A stretch of 64,000 nt of DNA from Iphione sp. A-MEVVRFRX5 (Eukaryota), in contig OZ320316.1 in the NCBI GenBank assembly GCA_976226885.1, forward strand, positions 79,918,001 to 79,982,000, in the 5' to 3' direction. A program made the position numbers and the translations under genes. Of this stretch, positions 1 to 11,414 are shown one piece after another (the stretch's first letter is position 1; every line of letters starts with the position of its first letter). The notes beneath the pieces are model-generated. The model saw nothing but the letters and a program-made list of their open reading frames with translations. It was not told the DNA's origin and did no database searches.

Positions 1-645
1 ATCGGGGGTCAGTGTGTAAACATCTGTTAGTCAGACAGCGTAGGTCGCAGCAGCAGTGACGCACAGGGTCAGTTGGAGTCATGTTTATCATTCGGAGGAA
101 ACCAAACACCCGGTAGTTCTTACTATTGTACAGCAAACATCTTCTCGGGCTGTTTATATTGCAAACAGAGGAAACATTGTATGCATTAAACGTAGGTAGG
201 TGCATATACATGTAGTCGAATCAACAGAAAGGGCATTTTCTCTTTTTACTCCTCATGCCCTACCAGTCGCAGTTGGAGATGAAATTGATGTGTCGTGGAG
301 GTGACAGGATGCATCTCGGATGCGTGTCTCCCTCTCATTCAGGGCCTTAGTATCATGGGCCGAACCCTACCCCCCTTTCTGCCCACGGGCCCCCTCCAGC
401 CCTATCGCCGATGTTCTGCTTTGCCTCACACACCATCAGGTCGTCAAGACTCATGCAACTTCAAGCTGTCTCGGTACGATATGACCCCTGCTGGCTGCAG
501 CATCGTGATATGATTGCTGCGCATTGGTAGCCACATAGGGAAAGGCGCGATGTCTGTAGGTTGTCCGAAGCAACTGGCGTTGGAGAAAAGCATAAACCAA
601 GCTTCGAAGCGCCAGCACATACCGGTTATGATATACATGTACACG

Positions 646-682
646 TACTAATGAAAATGATTCTTCTTCGTTTTAGGTGAGT
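646..682 (+). promoter_or_regulatory. Fused 3' splice site/5' splice site (candidate recursive splice site or donor of an alternative first exon)
   Basis: TACTAAT (646-652), pyrimidine tract ttcttcttcgtttt (661-674), AG (675-676), then GTGAGT (677-682). Confidence 0.45.
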
Positions 683-2143
683 AATGTTGTTTTTCAGAAG
701 TCTTCTGTATCCAGATAAGGTATCTTCTAAGCGGATCAACTGCGATTCTCTCATTTTCATAATCTAGTTTACAGCATAAAACCCTTTAACATGTATAAAT
801 AAGCGCTCAAGGTTATTGAGTTGTCAGGTACATATAAGCATTTGATTAAAAAGGAGAGGATTTTATTTCCGAAACTTCCTTTGGTGTGATTTGGTTTCGT
901 TCTGGAAAACGGGAAAATGGAACAAACTGTTGACAAAAGACTTATTCCATTCGTATATCCTTGTCATTTACATTGCTTTAGGCTGCCCTTTTTCTTCTGT
1001 TCCACATCAACGAGGGTATGGGTTTAAGGAGAAATTACATCGCATTGAGCTGTTTCTCAGAGTTGTTGTGAACCAGTATGGTAAAAAATGCTTACAAAGA
1101 AAACTATTTTAATTTAGAGTTCAGAAATGATCTCCATGTTGTTAGCTTGCCCTTACGTCATTGAAATGACAAGATTAATTTAATGATTGTGTCAAGTGAT
1201 TGTAGCTTGTCGTTAAAAGTCTTATTAATCAGAAATATCACTCGTTCAGTCTCCTTGGTAATGACTGGTCGCAGATGGCCTCGTGGCTGTAATCTCACCA
1301 TCCAGAAAAGTAACCACAGTTCCGGGGTATGGCGGCGAAGTCGTCAGCGTAAGGTAGTGCTTGCTCTTTTCTGATTAAAGTTTTATGATTTACTCTGTTT
1401 ATGAACAGTTGCGAAAGAGTGGATTTCCTGAGTCACTTTTATAATATTCAAGTGAGGGACCCGCTGGCGAGGCTCATTATTTTGAGTTTTCTGCACCATA
1501 TAATCGATTGAGTACAGTGGTTGATGAGGTTAAGTTTGTTTAAGTAAACTCATCGGAGAGACAAGTGACTCCAACTTTGTGGCTTACGACTTAAATTGGT
1601 TTAGTTACGAAAGCATTGTGGTTAATGGCCTTGAATGTTTTGGTGTCCTGCAAAGAATGTTGGCACTTCTTCCTGAGTGGTCTGTTTACTGCATCTGGTA
1701 CATTGTAGATTGTTATGGCGAGAGCTTATTTACGTGGTGTTTCATTAAAAATGGAGGAAGGACATGCACTTTACGCGAACTTTTTTTTGTAAAATGTAGC
1801 TGTTTGGAGAATGTCAGGCCTGTAACTGCACGGCTGTCTTTGTCGTCCGATTTATCATACGGCCATTTGCGTTCCCAGTTTTTATTGCGCTCGACACAAA
1901 GATGTTTTGCTGGCAGCATTAATAGACAAAGGAAACTTACCGCAGATAACTCATGGTTGAGTCGAACGGCGGGAAGAAGTTATGTGCTCGAATAGAATTA
2001 CATGTACCTCGTATCTACAACCCCTGTCAGGGATATTATGTAAACACACTAAGTTAACTATAGCATACATGTATATGATACATTTACTGATATGTGTGAA
2101 TTCATTTCCTAAAAATCTCTTGCACGTCTGTCAAGTAATTAAT

Positions 2144-2606
2144 CGTTCATGATCACCGAACTATCAAGGCCCCGACTTTTTTTTTTTATAGTGATCATTA
2201 AATTTGCTAGACGTTAGAGCGTGATGGACCTATTGACCTGGGTGTTGCCAGAATGCATGATGACGCCTCTGCACAGCGAGGGTGGTAGCTGTATGAAGTC
2301 TGCACAGCCCCCGTGTTAGTTGCTTTCGGAAAGAAATAATGTACATGTATACACATGTACATGTAGGCTCGGGACAATCTGGACTACGTCAATGCTCTCA
2401 ATCCGTGCCGCTGCCGGCACCAAGTGCTGACATGAGGGAGGTGGCTGCTACACTGACGCCGCACCCTGTAACCCGGTTAGGTTGTGATTTGGTGGGCTGT
2501 TCCCGGGCCCTACATGCTTAGAGCACGAGTGTCGGCCGATGGCGGCGATAGGGTTGGGGATGGAGGGTTGGCGGTGGTGGGACTGGATGCTGTCGGTCAT
2601 GAAACG
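2144..2606. mobile_element. Old TIR-bounded non-autonomous element, copy A
   Basis: Left end cgttcatgatcaccgaa; right end tgtcggtcatgaaacg (reverse complement cgtttcatgaccgaca). Shares its left end, an internal acctgggtgt about 80-90 nt in, and a G-tract before the right end with the copy at 11004. Confidence 0.4.
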
Positions 2607-5600
2607 CTACTCTGATCCCCTAATTGTCATAGGACGCCACGTTCAGTAAAACTGTCATGGGCGTGTGCCAGACCGGTGGTGCCTCATCCAGCGCCCGTGT
2701 ATCGTGTGGAGCCCGGCGTTGGTCGTTGGCTTAGGTTCCATTATAAACCACATGAATCGATGCTGCAGCCTATTACGGTAAGCCCCCGGCTTGTGTTGTC
2801 TGGCCGGCGGATCTCCCGAGTTGACGTCTTTGTTTGCCAGACCCGTTCTGGGCATAACACACGAGAAATGAGCAGCCTGCAACAGTCGCGCTTGCCACCA
2901 TTGATACCGATTTGCTCTGCTCCCTGGCTGGGGGAAGGGGGGGGGGGCAAAACATCCCTCCTAACGCATGTAAGGTCTATTTTGCACGTGACGAAATACA
3001 GGGCTTTGTTATGGCCGCAACGTGCGTGGTCACATCGCCTGGCCTCGCCCCGACGTACACTGTAAACTATATCCCTCCCAGGGGAAATCAATAGCACGCG
3101 CTACTGCTCCCGGTTATGACCCGTTATGCACCGCGAACTGCATAGGTCGAGATAGCTGTAAGCCTGAGACAGTGCATCAGACGGGGTGGGTGGGTGTGTG
3201 GGTGGATGGATGGGTGTGGTAGCTGTACCATTTGCGTACGCGATCGATCTCATCAAATTCCCACCGAATAGGGAATGAGGGCGGAGCAGATGAGGCGGGC
3301 CCGCCTATAGTAGTCGTGGTGGTGGTGGTGGTGGTGGTTGAGCAAGCAGGGGTGGTATTGTTTTACTCAATTATATTCGCGGGAAGATCTCCACCTACAT
3401 TTTGTATTCGTGAGAAGTGAATAAACTTTTCGCATTCGTATTCGTACATTGGTAGTGGTGAAACAGGGAGGGACACGCCAATGCCTTGGCATGCTTCGAA
3501 CCCCGTGAATATTACCGCGTCTGTTAGGCTGATTGAACGCACAGCAGCAGTCCATGGGGCCTTCGCGCTGAGATTGTCCCTGCAGGCATGTGTATCATGT
3601 GCAAGCTTGCCATTTTCACCCCACACACCACCGCTAGCAATACTACCGCTACCACCATCACCATTACCATCGCCACCAGATATTTTGCCCTTGCATGGAG
3701 ATAAACATGCACAGAGGACAGCGGTAATGTAAACTGAGTAGGCTGGAGGTGTTGTGACCTACCGGGTTAAAAGAGAGTCACTGCTCCATGCTATTATATA
3801 TGACAGCTCTCCCCCCGATTAAAGTTGGTGCGTTCGGTTGACAGGCTGACCATTAATTGGGCGGCGGTGGGTCATTAATGAGGGCAAACCGCGGCCACCA
3901 GGGGGAGACGGGCGCCAAGCCCGGAGGAGCCTGGCGCCTGATGGATGGGCGAGTCGAACCTGGAGCTGGCGAGGGGCTGGTCTGCGGGCTGGCCCACCAG
4001 GTACAATGGCAAGCTGATGAAGATTGACTGTGTATTCAGACGCTTTGATGGATGAGACTGGACCGCTCCTCATAGCAGCGAAGGTTGGAGCTGCAGTCGG
4101 TAGCAGTGAATGTACCACCTACGGTAGTCGCAGAGGCCTCCCTAACTAAGTGATTCCACCTTTCGAGAAGCGTCGATAATTGGATAAAAGAGGCCAGTGA
4201 TAGGGCATCCATATAGTAATAGGCCTAAGTAGATTAGACTTGGCCTGATGATATTGTCATTCGGAAGGCAATCATCTACTGTTACTGTTGATGAATTTCG
4301 TATAGAACGTTGTTTGTTCTTTGGATTTCAGGTGGGGAACACTATTCTTAACACTAGTTTAAAAAATATAATACAACCTTTCACTTATCAAGCTATGTTA
4401 GGTTGAAATGGATCTAGGAAATATTCGGATATTGCCTCATCATGATTCATACACGCCATTGCACATTGTCCCGATATTATATTAGAACGCGGGCAGGAGT
4501 ACACCGTACTTTTCATCAGGACTTTGTATTCCAGAAGGTATTTACGATATTGTCACTAGTGGCATCAGGTGCCCGTAAATATCTGTTCCAGACAATTCAA
4601 GTCGGAACAAAATTTCTGTCTCCAAATCTTTTATCATCTGGATTGATTGCGAAGGTATTAAATGCAGGGAGTTGATTCTGCAGGAATTTTAATTGGACAT
4701 AAAATTAGCTTTAGGGTAGTTTTATTTGCGTAATAATTTTGATTAATACGGAACATTTTCGTGTTTATAGGATCTGTAATCCAGTCAGCTGCGGATTTGA
4801 AAGTGAAATTGGGTGGTAAAGGCTCATTTACAACCTGCCGTCTATGTGCACCGGTTGTGTGCATAGCTGATTCTACTGTGGGTAAAGCGTGACCGCCATA
4901 CCAGTGTCCTTCTTCAAGATTCCAAGAGTGTTAGCAATTGTTAACTTCCACACCGTACAGCACATTTACGTAAAACCCTATCGAATGCTACTAAAACTGA
5001 CGTTAACAGCCTACCAAGCCTGAGCACAATCGGTCTGTTATTAACTATTGTGTAGCGCAGATGTGTTCTCTCTGTCTCTCTGTCTCTCTTTCCCTCTTTC
5101 TCTCTGGAGCGACGCAGCGGGGGAGTTACCATCAGAATATGATATCAAATTTTAGCCAGGAACGGGGCGCTGTGTGTGTATGTACAGTGTTCAGTGTTCA
5201 AAACGACATCACCATCGGATCATTTATCTACTTTTAGTAGCCATTGTTTAATGATGGAGGGCTTGATGAGGTTAGGGCCAGCGTTTATTAGGACATCTCA
5301 TTGGACTAAAGCTGTCTAGGATGTCGGCATGGACTTGCCGTGAACAGATTAGCGGATTAATTTTCCATAATCTTGCGAAGCACGTTTCTGATTGTGTTAA
5401 TTTGCAATTTAAAAGAAAGTTCCCAAGGACCCAAACAAAGATAACTTCCAACTAAGTTTAATTTCTATGTGCCTGTGTATTCGTGTAGCATATTTTAGCA
5501 CTGTGAAATGTTCATGCTGGCACCTAAAGCACTGAAATAGCAATAGAACTAATGTGGAGCCTTGTTTCAACCCTTGTATTAACCATAGTTCCCAATAAAC

Positions 5601-6514
5601 ACACCAAAAACACATATAGACATCTGTAGAAATTGTGAACCGTCCCAGTCCAAAAACAAACCGATCTGACATCAAAACATGCTACACAGTACATACATAC
5701 ATACATACATGAATACACTCCTACTGTCATCTCATATGCCCCAAAATGCACGGAAAACATGACAGCATGACTGTAAAAACATGTGCACATAAAATTATGC
5801 CTTACATATACACTATATTTTTACTGGACAAAATATTGATTAAACCATTTTTAATGTACATACATATCTACACGTGCAGGGAGCTTTTTTCCAACAAGTA
5901 TAACTTTTTTCTCATGGAATGTGTTCCATGTACAGTAGTATGATCTCCCCGAACATTTCTACCAGTGCACAGTTACGGGTGCGTTTCACTTTATACTGTG
6001 TCTTATGTTACGAATTTAGTAGCTCATGTATTAAATTCTCCGTCGCAGTTTTCAGGCTCGCTTGCCAGTGGTCATAACAACCATATCATTTACCGAATGA
6101 ATAGTTGATCAAATGTTAGGTATGGATGTTATAAGGGCATTCCACTTCGATACTGCTGTGTAGTACGTGCCTTTCAAAGGAGGGGACTTTTACGTGCTAA
6201 AAAGTCGTGGAGGCTACGGCTTACATGAAAATCCCATTAGGCCCAGGTCGATCTAATGTGCGAATACAAAAAGGAACCTACTGGCTTTCTAATTGCGGGG
6301 AATATTCATTCCTATCCGTCCGCACATAGCCTTTTTTTTAGCATTGCAATGGTAACACGATTCCTGGGCATTACGGTAATAGTTTACAGGTAGATCCGAC
6401 CGAAATTATAGTAATCCGTTATAAATATGGCGTGTGTAAAGTCTGATCAGTCTGTTTTTATTTAATTTCTCATGAATGGCAAGGGCATCACGTTTTATAA
6501 AGATTTAATCACAC

Positions 6515-6680
6515 NNNNNNNNNNNNNNNNNNNNNNNNNNNNNNNNNNNNNNNNNNNNNNNNNNNNNNNNNNNNNNNNNNNNNNNNNNNNNNNNNNNNNN
6601 NNNNNNNNNNNNNNNNNNNNNNNNNNNNNNNNNNNNNNNNNNNNNNNNNNNNNNNNNNNNNNNNNNNNNNNNNNNNNNNN
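6515..6680. other. Assembly gap (166 N)
   Basis: Run of N. Confidence 0.99.
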
Positions 6681-8727
6681 GACCCGAACCGGCACATTTT
6701 AGGCACACTGCTGGTAAATAATTGCGATTATGACAATATTGTGACACGTCGGGGCTTATTATCAGACTGTACATGTATAGATGTGTAGGGAGACTTGCCA
6801 GACACGAAAGATTACTCGTAGGAAAACGCAGTAGCCTTATAGGTTCTGTAAACGTTAATGAGGGCCAAGGTCTTCTCAGTTTCATAGGCCAGTTAATAGT
6901 CCTATAATTAATAACAAAACAATATAGCAAATTCAGCAGTTAAAGTAATCGCTCCTTAGAATGAAAATTATAATTGCTCTCAGCTGGCACAACGCTCAAC
7001 ATCAATTTCTTTGGGCGCATGTGCTCAGTTTGGAGGGGAAAATAATGAAGCCTTAATAGGATGTGCAAAAGGCATACTGTGGATTTATGAGTAATTTGGA
7101 AATGGCGAGCCCAGGCATTTTCAGCCGAAGGAGCACCTTGTCACTGGTGGCAGTAGGCTCTGGCATTCACGTACCGAAGATATGAGATGGCGGCGGGGTC
7201 GGCTGACTTAGCACCAGCTGGGCCGCCGATTGATTGTTTTATTGACTCAACGTTCAGACGATCCCATTTTCAGTGCCCTGCAGGAAAGCAAAGGCGCCGC
7301 CACTAGTGGCCATGTATTGGTCGAGCACCAATAAAAACATGTTTGGCTGCCGTGTCCGGTTTTGCCGTTCTTTCTTTTTTTGACAAGTATGAGGCGAGTC
7401 GGGGAAGTATATGGGCAAGCACATTGACTGGGGCCGGTCGAGCGGAAGGTCTTCACATCTTATAACCTCTCTGGTGGTGAAATGTCAGTGCTCGGGAAAT
7501 CATGTTGTTAATCGTGAAAAACATTTGGCTTTCTCAGGCGTATTACAAAATGGCTGGAAAAGTATAAACTGCGGAAGGCTATGGATTCCTACCAGAGAAT
7601 TACACAGATTTAATAAATTTGATATCTGTAGTAAACAAAGCGTGATGGTGATAGAGCAGTGTCGGATAGGATCATTGCCGGAACGCTAGGACCAGTAGGC
7701 GAGGTAGATTGGACTAGGAGGCGGGGTGGGGAATATCAGCGCAAGACAGTCGTTATCCTCTTCATCTTACAGTTTATTACGGGGTGAGCAACCTGATGCC
7801 TCAACCAGATCCCCAAGTAGCAGACTGTATCGAGCTCCTCTAGACAAGCATTCGTCCATGCTGCCATTAATGTTTGGCTGTGGCCACGAACTTAGACTCC
7901 CCACTAAGCGGCGTTTCAGATTTTGCCGAACACTTAATATGTCGTGAAGAAGAAGCTTTCCCTCTGCCAGCCTAGGTTCGCTCAGACAGCGATTATCAAC
8001 ATTTGTGAAATAAAATCGCAAGGCCTATATTTACTCTGTCCGTTTTCACAAAGAAGGACTCAAATGAGCGAGCAGTCCTCAGACATCAAGGGTTGTCGAT
8101 AGGAACTTTGCTTGCGTTTCTTACCGTAAAGCGTTATATAGCTCTATTAATACACCAGATGTGTTCATTGATATCGTTCCAGTCTTTCATTACAAACGCC
8201 ACGATTCTGCGATTATAACCGCTTATCGAAACACTGTTGTATATATAACTCTGGGCTACTATGGAATAAATTTGCAATACGATATTTTATGCAGATGAAT
8301 TAAAATATAGAGTATCCACAGGTTACAGTCGTATCGCACAAGGCGCAAAGTGTACCGACATGTCGGCGCGAAGTATCTACTAAAAATATCTTTCGTTTCG
8401 ATTTTATTTTTTTTTGCGAGCAGAACTTTGCATGATCGATCCCCATAAGGCATGCTCGCGGTACACGGGAGAGGCGCCGTGAGCATGACCTGTTTTATGC
8501 AGAGATCACCGTAATGGATCCGGCTGTCGTTATCGTGGGGTTTCGGTATACCCAACCGGGACAAGGCACGTAAAGCTTGCGTTTGGTTTTAATAGAAGCA
8601 GGGGGGGGGAGACTCTATTACAAAACATAGAATTTAAGACCAGGGTATTACCTATCCTGCTGTATTGATAAGGCCGTGCTGACTTCTGTGCCTGTTTCCC
8701 CGTTGCATTGACTCTTTTCACTTTCCC

Positions 8728-8730
<3 letters not shown>

Positions 8731-8760
<30 letters not shown>
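8731..8760. repeat. (TA)15 microsatellite
   Basis: Direct reading. Confidence 0.97.
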
Positions 8761-8766
<6 letters not shown>

Positions 8767-8861
8767 AATATATTTCCTATCAACTGATTTTTTTAAACAT
8801 TGCGTTTGTCTGCCTTTAGGGGCCACTGTGTAGGAACTGTTTGGGAATACATAAAGTAAAC

Positions 8862-9071
8862 CTGACAATCTATAGACGTCCTGAAACTACTTTCTGGGGC
8901 GTATTGCTTCTTCAAACGGCGCCGACTTTTAAAGTACAGTGAAAGAGCAGACGCAGCAGTTTTGATTGTCGCTGGTAGGACTGAATCATGCTGTTGTCGT
9001 GGCAGCGCAGTCATTACCTCGCCGCCGTGTGCATGACAGTAGGAGCACAGCCTGGACCAGGACGGTCTCTG
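8862..9071 (-). mobile_element. Possible decayed tyrosine-recombinase (DIRS/Ngaro-like) N-terminal core-binding fragment
   Basis: QRPSWSRLCSYCHAHG...HDSVLPATIKTAASALSLYFKSRRRLKK resembles from memory the W..F..WC...G...GL.P.TIK.Y.SAIS pattern of DIRS-type YR domains. No catalytic RHRY region seen. Confidence 0.35.
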
Positions 9072-11003
9072 ACTGCCTCGCTTGACACAGCATTCTAACC
9101 CAGCAGGCAGTGGACGGAGGTTAGTTAAGAAACCAACCGGCACCTCGCCCAGTCGCACGTACACGTTTTGATGAAGCCGGCCTCGCCTCGGATAGCTCAC
9201 GTGAAAAAAACCCGATGATTTTATATCTCGTAGAAACTAGAAGAAAAACGTAGGCCCTTCTTTCCCGATAGGAGAGCAGTTCAGCCAACTTTTAATCTAC
9301 ATCTCTGTATGGTTCACTCCTAAGGTATCGGAAGCCAGCGAAAGGCATGCAGGTCATTCTCGTCAGACGATTAAGGTTTACGTAAGAAAATTGTCTGTTT
9401 TGCTGCCTGCATGCCGCATTAATGGACGAAATAGTTTAGCCGGGTAACGCTAGAATGGCGGCGCCCTCAGGTGGAAGGCATTCCGGCCTGATTATTACCT
9501 TTAACCTTTATACGTTCCAATGATAAATATGTTGCCCTTGTCACTACCCGCACATCACCCCTTCTCCACGGGCCTCTCCCCTGTGTTCGATGAATCAGAA
9601 TCATAGGCTCTCTTGAGGTGACCCCTATGAGCCCACATTCTGTACATTCTGACTGGTCTGGCTGAAGATGGCAAGGTAGTGGTCTTTCTGGATAGTCCAA
9701 TCGAAGCAAGATGAGAAAACCCCCCCAAAACATGGATATATACACCCTACATAAACGTAACCGTCAATCGAATTCGCAGACATAGCACCTAGTAATAAGG
9801 CTCGTATGGTCTGCCCTGGTGAGACTATTGATCAATAAAGTTACAACACCATTTCCATCCCCGAACAACAGTATGCGTACACAAACGAGTGTTTGAGGAA
9901 AAGCAGAAGCCTCTCTCGCTTTAAATAATAATACGTGCACCCGCTTTATTTCCGAGGCGCAGTCTCCTTCGGATTTTTTCCCCTCGATCCTTTTTGCATG
10001 GCGTATCCATCGTTTCACTCTTAACGAGACTTACTACTCCAAGACCTATAGACGACTTTCTTTTTCTTGAAACCTGAGTGTTAGGCGCGGCGTGGAAATG
10101 TTCTTGCGGTGCTTTGCTTCGCCAGCTAGGAGCTTCTCGCCGTCTTAATAGTATTTCACGGCGTCGTCCTGGTCTCATGGTTACCGCCAGACAACTGTCA
10201 TCCCTGATGCCTCTCCTCAGCGTCCACCTCTAGTTCTCTCATTCCTAGCCTCTAGGGGTATGTTGGTGCAAGCCACTAACCGAAATGCCCTCCACTACCG
10301 GGGCTACAAAAGAGCGCACTGACACCCGTAGCACCATTAATGGTGTTTTTTTCCATTCTGTAGCTGATTCGTGGCTCGAGAGCGACTAGCTACGCCATCC
10401 ACTTAAATACATGTTTCAGTACTCAGTGTCGTTGACGTATAGATATCCCAATGTGTATACATGTATGTATGCGCTTAGCTATGGCCAAAGCAGAGAAGAC
10501 CTCTTGAAGATACAATTTACCTTTGATTGCCTCCAAATCCAGGGCACGGTATCAGAGGAATAATGAGAGGAGCTGCTCGGAGGACCATGAATAAAGTATC
10601 ACTTATGGGGGCGAGGCTGCTCCCAAGTTGAAAGGGTTGCGCGCCGACTTAACGAGTATGGCAACCGTCGCAGGCGACTATTCTCCGACACAAGGGTTGG
10701 TGAATGCTTGCATGGGATTGCCGAATACGTTTTTGTATCAGTGGAGGTGACCTTGGACGAAACGCAATACGACGCTGTCGAGAATACTAAGCTTTTGTGA
10801 TCGATCCTTGCAGAGCTCATGACTTTTTCATTGTACTGTGTCATTTAGACTCTTTGTGTCTATATCTTTTAACTAAAAGAGTTTTTTTTATGTAGGAGTG
10901 GTCGCACATATTCTGTGGCTTTCAGTGATCACAGCGGGCGGGGGAGTCATATATATAGTCTATATGGTTATGTTTTTTCGAGCTTCATTACATTTTGTTT
11001 GGT

Positions 11004-11414
11004 GTTCATGACCACCGAAAAAATGCCTTGACCAGAAAGAATACCGGGGGCCAGTCGGAGGACCATTAGTATCGATCACCCTCACACCTGGGTGTCTAAA
11101 CGGGCGCCGGCAGGCCCGTTAGCACTAAAGCGGCAGGTGTGCCCACGCGGTAAGTGACCGCACGGGGTGTAGGTCGATGGGATCGCCGCTGACAGGAACA
11201 GGTGTCCGCGCGCTCGCCCAGCAGCGACGCCCTGCTACAGGTATCGATTGCTCATGCTACCACACTATAGCTCTGCTTCAGAACTATTTGTCAAACAATC
11301 GTGGTACAAGTTAGATGTGTCACCAATCAGTTGCTGTCCATGTGTAATCCGTGGGCAAGGAGGCGTGCCGACGTCTTGGGTGGGGTCGGGTGGGGTGGCT
11401 TGGGTGATCAGGAC
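11004..11414. mobile_element. Old TIR-bounded non-autonomous element, copy B
   Basis: Left end gttcatgaccaccgaa; right end ttgggtgatcaggac (12/16 identity as an inverted repeat with one gap). A similar right-end motif at about 12118-12133 may mark a longer boundary. Confidence 0.4.

Noticed and set aside
92-116. cggaggaaaccaaacacccgg resembling an invertebrate SINE core in reverse
   Set aside because: Only about 20 nt of degenerate similarity, with no tRNA head or tail traceable.
698-719. 22-nt microexon candidate (ttttcag|...aag|gtatct)
   Set aside because: Weak donor, frame-shifting length, and the acceptor lies too close to the 677 donor.
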